64,000 bases of DNA from Lama glama (taxonomy: Eukaryota). The translations under genes were made by a program, and so were the position numbers. The stretch covers positions 8,866,001 through 8,930,000 of the forward strand of contig CM052832.1 of the NCBI GenBank assembly GCA_028534125.1, read 5' to 3'. The notes beneath the pieces are model-generated. The model had not been told where the DNA came from. It did no database searches and saw nothing but the letters and a program-made list of their open reading frames with translations. Below, piece by piece: positions 1-24,860 of the stretch. Within the stretch, counting starts at the first letter, position 1. The number at the start of each line of letters is the position of its first letter.

Positions 1-3000
1 GTGCGATTTGTCCAAGGTCACACGAGCAATCTGGGGCAAATGTGGGAAATAAACTCCGAGTGGCTCTTCTTCCCTGAAGACAGCCAGCTTCCTACATTAA
101 TTATCACAGCAGGCTAGAAGCCTGAATCTACAAGGCAGCAGAATCCTTTGGCAGGGAAAGGAGCCCAGAAACATGCTGAAACCTCCAGAGCCACAGACAT
201 ACACTGTGGAGTGGGTACAGCACCGGGGGCCCAGCCTCCCAGGCTTCTCCTGTTGTATATTATGAGCAGCAGGGCCCCACTCCACCACCACAGGAGGCAG
301 GAGAACAGTAGTGGAAAGGGCTCATCTGAAACATGTTACTAGAAGAGAGGCCGCCAAAATCATCGTGGCCCACCAACTAGGAAGCAAAGAGCCACAAGTT
401 GCAAGGCTCTCATTCCAATGGGACAGTCACGTATGACTGTACAGGTTCTGCACTGCTCAAATGCCCGGCCGATGGGGACGTATTGAAATACTGCCTGTGC
501 TCCATTAGCCAAAGCCCTGTGTCCTTGTGCAGGGCTGCATTCACTTGGAGGAAGGGCATCTATTTCTAATGTGCAAAAAGACACCTGAGAGCCAGCTGCT
601 ACAACCCCCCCAACAGTCCCAAGAGCAGACAAGCATTCTCCTCATTGCCCACCCCCCAACAACAACCCAAGAAGGGGACAAAAGAGAGCCAGTATGTCCT
701 CTGGAGGAGAGGCTAGTGCCCACTCTGGCCACCTTAACCCTTCATAGGGAGACCACACAGCACCTCAGGAACCTCCCCATGGCGCTCACTGAAGTTCCCA
801 CAAGTTACATAGAGTGACTACTGGGGAAACCCCACAGCCATCCTGTGACGAGAGAAGCCCTCCCTCAGGGATTATAAAAACCTGCCTCGCTGCAAAAAGC
901 ACAGTTTACTACTCACTCCCTGGAAGAACTTTCGCAAGCCGGGGGAGATAGTGGTTCCAAACCAGCGCTGACCACCTGGGGAGAATCTGCTACTGGGATT
1001 CAGGGAGGAAGAGTTCCCACCAGAGAATGCCAAATGGCTGTGCCCACATTGCTGAGCTGCTACTGGAATACTGAGACCCATTTAGAAAATCTGTGCTTTC
1101 AAATGAGAAAACTATTTCTAAAGCTGCCAGTCAGAGCGACTCGGTTGAACCCTCACAAACCATTTCAGAGACAGGACTGGAAAGAAAGGCCGACACCTTC
1201 AAGGGAGACAAAAAGTCAGGGAAGAGACATCAGGGCTGGCCAGAGGGGCTGCTTCCCGGGGTCAGCCGCCTTCACAGCTGAGAGCACTACACCATAACTT
1301 CCAGAGGCAGCAGGCAGGGTAGAGGGATCAGTATCATCTGCATTTTGAAGATACAGAAACCAAGGCTTGGAAAGCTTAATGCACCAGCTCAGGGTCATGC
1401 AGTAAGGCAGCAATTGAGCCAGAATCAGAATACAGAAAAGCAGGTGTCACAGCACCACAGATATCACTTCTCTTCCTTTGTCATGTGTGATATTAGAAAA
1501 GTTTTCAAACTCCTGGTCCAATGCCTTTCCGTCAGAATGACGGGTCACCGCAGACAACCGCTACTGGCAAAGTCTGAAGCCCTCCCACGCCCCATGTGCT
1601 CCTGCATTATGGATTCACCTTTCCACACATTCTGGAATGTTCTTCTATCTACTTAGCACTTTACCAACTGGTGTTTTTCATTATACTTCATCTGATTCTT
1701 ATCATCTTGTCTCCTTCCTGCCTCCTGCCCCACAGCTTCACTCACAGAAGACCCCCCAAAACTTCGAATTGAGCCCATCCTGAGCCCCTTGGATGAATAT
1801 CAACCTCTTTCTCATCACCACACCTCCACTTCTGACAGATAAGGCCTCCTGACGGGTAGGCAGTTGTTCCCAAACTTGGGTGTAGATAAGAATCTCCTGG
1901 GAAGCTCTTTTAAAATGAGTTTCCTTTTGAGACTTGAACTATGTGACTGGTTGGCTATTCAAAAATCACAATGTAATGTAATGAATGAGAAAATAAAATA
2001 CTTGTCCCGGCTCATCCCCCGATGATTCTGATGGGCAGACCTGCAGTAAGGCTCAGGGACCCCAAATTTTAACCAGTACCTCTGGTTACCCGCTTTCCCA
2101 CTATATTCCCCTATGGTCTGTGGACACATTTTTAAGAAACACAAATCCACTCGTCTTAACATGTGACTCACAATCCCTACCCCCATGACTCAGGACCCAC
2201 TTATCAGAAGTTACAGAGACATCTAAACCAGTAAATGCATGTTCTGCTCACCAGGATCCAAGCTTCCCACAGGGAACTTGGATCTGCAGGACACCTGGTA
2301 GACTGCATTCTACTCACCTGTGCGTTCATTTGGTGTTAATGCATACAGGGACACAAGGGCTCAGTGACTCCAAACCAAGCTGCAAAAGGGGAGAGGCCTC
2401 CCGCCTAGATCAGCCCTTCCAACAAAACTTCCTCCCTGCCCCGCTGCTGCCGGGTAGCATTACTGGGAGGGAAATGGCCTGAACTCAGAGAAGAAAAGAG
2501 GATGGAAAAAGTGACATACTGCAGAGGGCTTCCTCAAACCACTGATTAGCTGTAGCAGCTCCTGCGCCAGCTCCACCAAAGCGCTGGGGGGCTCAGCGGA
2601 GCTGAATGTGCACTCAGCAGTGAACTCAGAGAACCCCAAGCAGGGCTCTAACCCAGCCACCGTGCAGGACTTTCACACCCTCAGGAAAAAGGACCAGACA
2701 GATGGGAGGTGGGGAGTGGCCAGAGCAGGACTCAAGCAGAGAGGCCGGCGGCAGCTCGAGGGCCAGGCTCAAGACAGCACCAGCAACTGTGGCCCCACCA
2801 CGGAGCTCTGCTCGGGGCACAGCTGCAGAGAGGCACGCACTGAGGTTAGGGAGGGCCCAGGAACACGGGCCAAGGATACCTACCCCTGTTTAATGACCCT
2901 TTCTTCCATCAGGAACACACCAAAGACTGAATCCCTGGCCCCAAATGCTCTTGGCTCAAATATTAAGAGTCTGAACTGGCCAACCTCCATCCCAGATGAA

Positions 3001-3155
3001 TCTCACAGAAGCTGCACTGGCTCAAACACACACAGAATTCATACAAACCCACCTCACTCCAAAATACGAAATCCTCCAAAACCTTAGTAATTACAACAAC
3101 TGTCGCAGCCCAGCGGACACATTGCCTCCATTGATGGACTAAATGTATTCCTGAA

Positions 3156-3223
<68 letters not shown>
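3156..3223 (+). repeat. (TAAA)n microsatellite flanked by a 15-bp direct repeat
   Basis: About 16 TAAA units between AAATGTATTCCTGAA copies at 3141-3155 and 3224-3238. Confidence 0.95.
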
Positions 3224-3614
3224 AAATGTATTCCTGAAAAGTCGTCCACAGACCAAACTTCTACCTAACAAATCCAGTTTCTCCACTGGCTCTCATTATA
3301 AAGTGAGACACGCTCCCCTAGGAAAAGCAGAGGCTCCAAGAGGAACTGAACTTTGCACTTAATGCTGAACACCTTCTGGAGTCACACATTTAGTGGATGC
3401 ATTTCCTGACACAATCTAATTCAAATGCAACCCAAAATGAAGTAATTTTTAAGTGTATACATAGCACTGGAGAGTGTTCACATGACCTAAAAGTTACTGA
3501 GAGTGAGTCTTCAAATGACATGCAAGATCTAGGGCCCCAGATCCTATTGTTGCAACAGGAAAGCTCTGTACCTTCCATTTCTATATTAGGAGGGACGCTT
3601 CAAGCAGGACTTCT

Positions 3615-3735
3615 GGAGCCTTGAGTGCAGTCACCTGGGGCGCTTGTTAAAATGAAGACTGGGACTCCCAATTCATGCTCCCAGGGAATGCTGATGCCGC
3701 TTGTCTTTGGACCTTGTTTTGGATGGCAAAGTTGT
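3615..3735. mobile_element. MER5-like hAT-Charlie fragment (a similar one lies at ~1860-2040)
   Basis: TCACCTGGGGCGCTTGTTAAAATG...CCCAGGGAATGCTGATGC...GGACCTTGTTTTG. Confidence 0.55.
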
Positions 3736-4439
3736 GGACAGTCCAGGTCTCTGTTACAGAGCTCATAGTTGTCAAGCTGTGGCCTTTCCAGGCAGGTCAG
3801 CTTCATACGGAGAGGCAGATGCCCATGCCCAGAACTCTTGGAGAAAACCCGAACCCCTGCCGCAGCAAAACTCAGAAAACCACCACAAAGGACAGACAAC
3901 CCAGAAACAGGGAAGGAAGATTTGGTTCCTTGATCGGGTCACGGTAGAGCAGACAGGAGGGGAAACAGGCAACCCCAACCCAGAGAAGCTGGAAAGGGCA
4001 CAGAAGACCCCCTGCTTCCTAGCAGGCAAAGGGGCTGTTTACCTTTGCCACGGGTCACTCTGCCCTTTACCCAAAAGCTTCATTCACCTTTTAATAAACC
4101 TAGATAAGGTCCCACTATGAATAAGATACCATGACGAAAGTTAAATCTCGTCAATAAGTTAAAACCCAAGTGGGGCCAAAATATGGAAGGTGTCCTAAGA
4201 GACCAGAAGTTCTCTAGGCAATCATGTTCTGGGAGGAAGCAGAGGTGGGGTGAGGCAAAAGAGAGGGGAGGCAACACATACTAGGGGACTGGCCAGAAAG
4301 GAAAGAAAGGTCTGAAAGAGCCGAGATGGGCTGGAATGGAGGGTTTCAGTGAGTGGAAAATGTTTATTGTTGGGGTGACTGCACAGCTGGGAAGGTATGT
4401 TGGGAGCACACCACTGGAGAGGAAGAACAAGAAAGGGCC

Positions 4440-4600
4440 CTTTCCATACGTCATTACATTTAATCCTCAGCACAACTCCAGGAAGTAAGTCCCTTGACAG
4501 AGAAGGCAAACTGTGAGGTTAAGAAATCTGCCAGGGCCACAGGGCCTGTCAAAGAGTTTGAGTTGCTGTTTTGCCAAACACTGCAACTCCACAGCCTGGG
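4440..4600 (-). mobile_element. MIR fragment (PTK7 intron 1)
   Basis: CATTTAATCCTCAGCACAAC...ACAGAGAAGGCAAACTG...GAGGTTAAG...GCCAGGGCCACAG. Confidence 0.55.
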
Positions 4601-6559
4601 CTCTCTTCCCCACTCAACCCTGCCCTGAATGCTAGGAGTGTGACTAAGTCCTCCGGTTAAGTGACATGCAGAGATTGCCCTTGTCCTCCCGCCATACTCC
4701 CTAACATCTGAGAAAGGCCTGAATCGCTGATAAAAGGCTTGAATTACAGGCTGCAGAAACTATCTCAGGACATGACAACTCAATTTCTCCAAAGAAACAA
4801 GAGCCTGGAGGAAAGTACCCAGAGAGGGGGACGGGAACAGGGGTGGGCAGTGACCACAACTTACCATTCCAGCGGCGGGGTGAAGAAGCCCAGGTTTCAA
4901 ACGTCAAGCCCCCTCCTCCTCCACCATATTTATCACAATGGGGATCTCAAAGTTCGGAAAGATCCTCAGCCATTTACAGCATAATTACCCAAACTTCAAA
5001 ATGGCCTAATCCACAAAACTAGTCGGCCTAGGTCCCTTACTCCAGCCTTATTAACAGCGGGGTCTCACTACAACTCCAGCTAATTACCCAGTTAAACAAT
5101 GAGATGGAAAAATCTACTGTAATCCATTTAAAAATCGTTGCCCCCCTGAAGTCATGTGTCCAGGGGTGGGTTGAGTCCCTGGATTTCACTGGAAGACAGA
5201 CAGCAGGCGCCCAGCCTCGGATGAAACTGTTTATAGCACACGGGCAGGTTCCACACCAAGGCACATTTGGTGGAACTGATTTAAGGCTCTCATTAAAATG
5301 TTCCTTTGTTGAGCAGAAGACATCTCCCACCCCCAGAGGAGATTCCAGACTTCCAGTCCCAAGCCCTCAGCCTGCCCTAACTTCCCCCCCCCCGACCCCC
5401 CGCCCCTGAACCCCAGGAACCCTCCCTCAGCCCCTGCTAAACACCCGTCACCGTATTAACATTGATTAACATCAGAGTCGTCTTCTCACGGAAGGAATTT
5501 AGGAATTTGGCATTTGTTGAACAAGAGCCCCGTCTCCACCAGAATCTTCCCTGGACTCCAGAACTCTAAACATCAGCAGTGAAGGCAGCCATATCGGGTG
5601 ACCCACACACCAAAACTCGAACAGTCCACCGACCTAGGAAAGCTGTGCACTCGGGCTGCCAGCCCATATGGCTGGGCCCCCAATCCTGGCCATGCAAAAA
5701 ACTTTCATACTTCCTCTGGGAGCAGATGTGGGTTCTGCCATGAGCTTAACCATCCCACACATCAGAAGGAACACAGAACGGCTCCAGAAAAACCTACAAA
5801 TCTCGAGAACTTGTTCTTACCTGGGCCCCAGGTGACAATTACCTCTCCTTTTACAACTAGGGGTAGAGGAGAAGATGATTTCATCAATACCAAACCCCCT
5901 TGACACCTGGCAGGCCAGGAAGATGTCAGAAAAAGCAATTCTCTACCCCTCACCCTCCCCATGGCCACTCTTCAAAGGAAGAGGAAAGTAATAAGCCAGG
6001 ACCAGGTCTCCTGGGCAGGGTTCCCCCAGCAAGGGCTGCTGCCAGGATCCTCATCAAAGATTTCGTGTTTTGGAAGTGGGGTGGGGCAGGGGTCAAACTT
6101 CCACTCCAGACTGGTTGGGGTGTGCGGGTAGCTTGGCGCTTTCCTCTAAAGCACTTCAACATCTCAGTGGTGACTCTCAGGTGTGACCTGGCCAGGAAAT
6201 AAAGGTGTGTGGGATAGAGGGGTCTCGTCCAGTCGGCCCCGGAGATAGAGGCCGCACCCTCCTCAAAATGCTGAGGCCCTCCAAGAAGACAGAATGAACT
6301 CTTTTTTGCCTTTCTGCCCATAGAAAAGAGAGATTTTCTTCCCGTGTGGGGAAGAGAGAGGATGGAAATCCAGGAAGGAGCAGAACCAATCCCGTCCGCA
6401 CCTTTGCAGGCCGGCCATGCCCGATTTTGGCAGCGGCCTTCACACATTAGTCACCGCGACAGCCTGGGATTCTCAGCTCCCCAGATCCGACCCTGGCAGG
6501 GAGAGGGTTCAGGGATCGGGCCCAGGAGCTGGAGGAGATGGGGCGGCCCCTCATTCTTC

Positions 6560-7600
6560 CTTTCTTCCGCCCTCACCATCAGGGCCGTCGGGGTCCCAGC
6601 CTAGCCCAGGAACTTGGAGGAGGGAAGCCGGGAGCGCCGGGCCGGCATAGGTAACAAAAGCTCCGCGCCCTGCGCGCCGCAGGTCGATCCCTCATCCGGC
6701 CCCAGGCCAGCCTCCCTCACCTAGGCTGAGTCTGTCGCGGGGACTCGGTCTCCCCCACCGCCAACTACCGAGTTGCACCCCCTAAGTGGAGGGCAGTCGT
6801 TTCTTTCCCTCAAAGAAACTCCCCACCGGGGCCCGGGAGCCGACAACTCCCGAGCAAACTCTCGGCTCAGGCCGGGAAAACTCTAGGGAGGCTGGAAACG
6901 CGTCCTCGCGGGCGCGGGGGCGACAGGGGCCCTGGGCGAGTGCCGGGAGGCTTCGCCACCTCCCAGTTGCCGGGACTTCGCCCCTCCCCAGCGAGCCCCT
7001 GACCTACGTCCGGGTGTCTCTCCCGCTCCAGCCGCCCAAGCCCACCTCCCCGGTGCTCACTTTACCCCGCGGGGCTCCCGCGCTCCCCGAGCCGAGCTCC
7101 CCCAGCTCGCCGGGACTCACCGCCCAAAAGCGGCAGCAGCAGGACGCTGAGCAGAGGCAGCGGGCGGGGGCTCCTCGGGGCTCCGCGCGCGGCTCCCATC
7201 GCCGCAGGCCCGGGGAACGGAGTGGGCGGGAGCACGGCGGGCTTGCGGTCGGCGATCCCTGGCGGGCCAGGAGGCCGAGCGCACAGGAGCGCGGGCGCCG
7301 CTGCAGCAGCCGCAGCCGGAGCCCGAGCCCGAGGCGTCCCGAGCCGGAGCCGCGCGCGCCGGGTACCTCCAAGTCCTCGCGCGCCGCCGCCGCCGCCTCC
7401 AAGCCCCGCCCCGCGACGCCCCTTCCCCGCCAGCCGCCGCGCGCCGCCCCGCCCCCTAGACGCCCCCTCCCCGCCGTGTTGGGGAGGAGCTCGCAGTTGG
7501 GGGAGGGGTCTGGAGATGGATCCTGGACAGAGGGAAGGCGCCCCAGGGGAGTGCGGGGGACCTCCTGAACGAGGAAGAAGAGCGGAGGCTGTGCCTACCG
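6560..7600 (-). promoter_or_regulatory. PTK7: PTK7 CpG island / promoter
   Basis: Very GC- and CpG-rich, with GC boxes (CCCCGCCCC-like at ~7404 and ~7447) and a (GCC)n run just upstream of the PTK7 ATG. Confidence 0.85.
7121..7199 (-). CDS. PTK7: PTK7 (inactive tyrosine-protein kinase 7) coding exon 1, signal peptide; the gene continues leftward through intron 1 beyond the window
   Basis: ATG at 7199 translates MGAARGAPRSPRPLPLLSVLLLPLLG, matching the recalled PTK7 N-terminus (MGAARGSPARPRRLPLLSVLLLPLLG). 79 nt, phase-1 GTGAGT donor at 7120. Syntenic position next to KLC4. Confidence 0.95.
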
Positions 7601-8617
7601 CCTAGTCTGCAGGGAGTCAGGGGGCCCAAAGTGACTTTTGTGATTCCATGGCTCCTGCGGAAGATGGTTGGTTCTGGGCTTTCTTGACAGCTCTGACCAA
7701 CACTTCCCCCAAATTCTCTGGGTAGTGGGGAGAAAGGTGGACTCTAGCTCACTTCTCAACAACCTGAAATCCTCAGGGAAACCTAGAACAGAAGAGTGTC
7801 CTTGGTGTCCCTAAGCAAGGTACCCTGGAGGTACTGTGGAGCTCCAGGAGAGATGTAGCCTGGAAAGTGAGGGACCAGTTAGTGCATGACTAGGGTCTGG
7901 TTTGACTCTGGACCAATCTGAACCCAAAGGTGTAAAGAGAATGGGCTCTCTGAAGGCTGTTAAACTGACAAATTCATCCCAAGTCCATCTACAGACAGTC
8001 TGGGCTGTGTCAGGGCATGGCCAAGTCTCCAGCTGTGGGGAGGCCCAGTACAGCCCTTGTTCCAGGCACCCCCCCACCCCTAGCGCCACCACCCCCACAT
8101 TCTTTCTTTGTTGTGAAAGCAGCAAGGGGTGTAGGAGGCGGGTCAGGAGGAGTCAAGCTTTAGAAGATGGGCCCCAGCTGCTGCTAGGCCTCCAGGATAT
8201 GCTGAGAGGGGATGGATAGTTAAGTGCCTCGTCCCCCTCCAGAGCTCTGGAGGGCCCCCCAGGCCTTCTTAGACCTCCCTTCCCCCAAGCAGCTGGGAGG
8301 AGGAGGGGCCGCCACAGAGGGCCTCACGGGCTGGGAGCAGTGGCGCCAGGACTCCAGGGTCCTGACACATGGCCACCACATGTCCCTGATAACCCAGTCC
8401 ACAGCACCTTCTCCCCCACCCCCCAGATGCCTTCCTGCAGGCCCTACTGGAGAGGATACAAACAGGGGAAGGACGAAAGAACAGATCCAAGAAGCAACGT
8501 TCCTCCTTCCGCCCCATCCATCACTGCCCTTCGCCCTCCTGGGAAGGGCCCCAACTCAACCCTTGCTTCCTTCCCTTTTCAATCAGGACTCCTGTGGCTG
8601 AATGGTTACCTGATTCT

Positions 8618-8623
8618 TTTATT
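8618..8623 (-). terminator. KLC4: KLC4 poly(A) signal AATAAA
   Basis: TTTATT on the + strand about 390 nt past the KLC4 stop codon. Confidence 0.75.
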
Positions 8624-9010
8624 TAAGAAAAGTGAAATACATGGACCTGAAGTGAGGCAGCAGAGGGAACAAGGAAGGCCAGGGCAAGGCAGGCTAGCTG
8701 GCCAGCCTCGAACCCTCTGACAGAAAAGCCAGCAGCAGGCTGCATCGGAGGTGCGTACCTGCTCCTTGCCCACCTTGGGGGCTTTGGAGCTATCTACTCT
8801 AGAGGACCACAGGGTAGGGAGAAGATGTCCTGAGGGTCCTTCCTGAGGGGGATTCCTGAGGAGGGAGCCAAGACCCTAAGGGCAGCAGCAATCTTCTGGT
8901 TATCTGCTCCCCCTTCACTGCCCCACCTTGGGGTTGGAAGAGCTAGGAGCAACAGGGAATGCTGTGAGGGCTGTGGGGGTACCCAGAAGACCTGGGGTGG
9001 GGGTTGAATG

Positions 9011-18527
<9,517 letters not shown>

Positions 18528-20118
18528 CCTGGCAGGGGGCCCTTGCCTGGGCTACAGAGAAACAACAGAGCTCAACTGGAGTAAAGATAGGAAAGAGTGG
18601 CTGAACGCCTTGGGTAGAGGGTGGTGGGGATCCAAATGAAGGGATGAGAGTTGGGGGGGGGCTGTGGTTTAACTGGAGAGAGAGAGAGAGACCAGCGGGG
18701 AGGCAGCTTGTGACACTAGACACAAAGCTAAGGTTGTTGGAAAGAGGCAAGAAGAGGAATTGAATTGACTAAGAAAGACTGCAGAAGAAACAAAGGTGCT
18801 GAGAAGTAACAGAGGGATTTCGAACTAAGGAACAAGAGAACAGAGAAGTTGGAGAGAGAGCTTGGGCTAGGAAAGGGAATCAGGAGAGGAGAGGCTGCAC
18901 TACAGGGAACACAGAGGGTGTCTGAGAGAGTTGCAGAAGCAACGGGGTTAAAGCAGACAGGAGATACACAGAAAAAAGTGCAGAGGTTTCAAAAAAAGGG
19001 AAGAACAGGTTTCATAATTAAATGAAGAAAGAGAAGGGAAGGAAAAGAAGAGGAGCCTTCATCACAGGACCCACATGAGAGGCCCAGAGGCTCATGGTCT
19101 TCAGGCTGCTCCACCCACGGAGCTAAGCCCAGCATCTCCCAACCTGGTCAGCCCTCCTTCTTTCCCCACTAGCCTGAAGCCCCAGGTCTCAGGCTGTCTT
19201 CCTACTTCCTTGAAAAGGCCTCGTTTTTCATCTTTGAAGTCTTCTTACCCTGTAGATAGCCCTTGGTTGTGGCGTTCAGGCAGGAGCCCGGAAGAAACTC
19301 TGTTCTAGCAGCCAAGGATTCAGAAGGATCTGCCCTGCCCAAAGTCCAGAAGTCCAGCGTTCCCACCCCTTCTCTCACAACTTCACAGCCACCCAGAGGA
19401 CTTGGCATAGAGCCCCACCCAGGACAAATGCCCTCCCACCTCCTACCTACAGGTCTTCAAAGACGACCAATGTCCCTCCTCCTTCCCCAAGCCAACCTCC
19501 TACCCCAAGCCTGAGGAGTTATTTTCTCCCAAGAACGAAGTGAGATTTGATCTGAGACCTGCAGCAAGGGGCGTGTCTGGGAACGGGCGAGGAGGAAGAC
19601 CTGGTCACTTCTATGGCTTTGTCTCTATCATGATCACACTCTAATAGGCTCTGAGAGGAGTCACCTTAGGTTGCCTCCCAGACGCCTTATGATGCAGGGA
19701 AGGATGGCAGGTCCGTTGAGCGGCTGCGGGATCACAAGGATACGCACCGCTGGGGGTTGGTCTCGCGGGCCTGGGAGTGCGGTGATATTTCCCAGGCTGT
19801 CGACATGCCCTGAGGCCCAGGGTGGGGATAGAACGAGATGCGCAAGGGTGATGGGAAGAGGTCCGCGTCGCGAGCGAGTACCCGGGGCCAGACAATCCCG
19901 AGGTCACTGAGTCAATAGGTAGCGCAGGGGGCGGGGCAGACCTTCTGTCTGTCGGTCTGGAGGCCGAGGGGCGGGTAGAATCGCGGGGGGCGGAGTTTTT
20001 GAGTCTAACTGGAGTGTGTGAAATCCGACAGAGGGGCTCATTTGGTCATCTGCCCGGGAGTGCAGGAAAGAGGTAGCGGGACCTCAACTCTCAGCCCAGA
20101 GGACCCTCAAAGACTCAC

Positions 20119-20210
20119 CCGCAGTCTGTCGGTCTCGCTGCCACCCTTGCCGGTACTGCCCCTTTAAATCCATCATGGCTGCCGCTCGAGGCAATTGTTT
20201 TGACTGCTCT
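20119..20210 (-). other. KLC4: KLC4 non-coding exon 1 (5' boundary approximate)
   Basis: GCGG|GTGAGT donor at 20118 inside the CpG island. The matching exon 2 acceptor TGTAG| at 18552 lies 24 nt before the ATG. Confidence 0.6.
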
Positions 20211-20447
20211 GAGGGGCGGAGCCTGTTAGCCAGTCACGCGACCTAACAGCCACCCCGGGATTGGCTCTGACCACGCGCAGGGAGGAAAGGAGTGTGTGTC
20301 CAACTTGGTCTTTGGTTCTCTGCTTGTCTCTCTTTACGTCACGATGGAGCGACAGCACCGAGACCTGTTAGCGTCATCCAGCAGAGCCAGGCGGCCTGTC
20401 TAAAGGTGATGGTGGTGTGCTGAGCCCGACCGATTCTGGCCAAGCTC

Positions 20448-23863
<3,416 letters not shown>

Positions 23864-23877
23864 TATCCCTGGACTCA

Positions 23878-23883
23878 AATAAA
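23878..23883 (+). terminator. MRPL2: MRPL2 poly(A) signal
   Basis: AATAAA 14 nt after the stop codon, followed by a GT/T-rich downstream element (ttgtttctggttttttg). Confidence 0.75.
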
Positions 23884-24099
23884 GTGGCCCCTATTTTCAT
23901 TTGTTTCTGGTTTTTGGGGGGAGGGAAGATGGTACATACTGGGCTGGGGCGGGGGCAGACAGGAACAAACAACCGTGGAGGGGAAGGGAAGGAAAATAAA
24001 TGGATCCAATGAATGGGGCAAAAACTGAGGCCGCCCCCCTTGCCTTGGTCCTTTTCTATGTAATGGAGGAGAGGAAAATAAATGACCTCCATGGTTTCT

Positions 24100-24860
24100 T
24101 GCAGTTCTAACTCTGGGAAGCGGGGAAGTCACTTCCGGTGGCAGGAGGTAGGGGGAGGGATGAAAAGGAAGAGGAAAGGGCGGCGCGGAGGAGGAGGTGC
24201 CGCGCGTCGCCGAGGTGGCACCTGCAGCTCCGCCCCAGCGCTCTCCCCGGGCCCCCAGCTTTCCGCTGGCCCTGGCGGAAATGAGCCGCATCTCGGAGCG
24301 GGCGGGCGGCGCCGCTGCCTGGGGACAGGCCCCGCCCTGCCCGGCCCCGGAGGCCGCAGACCCGCGCGCGGGCGGGGCGGTGACGGCGGCGCGGCCCCAG
24401 GGCGTTCGGTCCCTGCGCGCCACGCCCCCTGCTGCCGCCTGTCCAGCGGAGACACGCCCCCTCCCGCCTCTCCGCCTCGACCCCTTCGGGGGGCCCAGGC
24501 GGGGCCCAAATCTCCTCCAGCGCTGCCGCCATCGTCTGCGCCGCGTCCCTAGCTCGGCGAAGGACAGGCCTCGCGCCAGGACCCCCGTCGACTTCTGAGG
24601 TGGCCAGAGCCCCGTCGCGGCCCCCTGCCCCGAGCCCATTTTCCTCCGCCCACTCGCCCACCGGGCCTCCCATCCCCCGTTCCACCGCGCCTCGGGATTC
24701 TGGCTTATCTGGCCTACCACCCTCCCCCACACCTTGACGCGCGCCCCGGTTTCTCGGGTCTTCCATCCCGGTCCCCCGAGCTTCGCTCCTCTTACTCATC
24801 GGGTCTCCTGTGCACCCTGTTCGGGGCCTCGCGTCGCCCCCACCGTCCTTGCTGCTCCAG
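24100..24860 (+). promoter_or_regulatory. CUL7: CUL7 CpG-island promoter and non-coding exon 1 (donor at 24600)
   Basis: CpG-dense, with tandem ETS/GABP-type sites GGGAAGTCACTTCCGG at ~24123-24138. GAG|GTGGCC donor at 24599/24600; exon 2 acceptor CCCAG| at 25424. Confidence 0.75.

Noticed and set aside
6786-7568. 260-aa + strand ORF (and 7222-7605) over the PTK7 CpG island
   Set aside because: Non-ATG start, low-complexity Pro/Arg/Ala, antisense to PTK7 exon 1; stop codons are scarce in GC-rich DNA.
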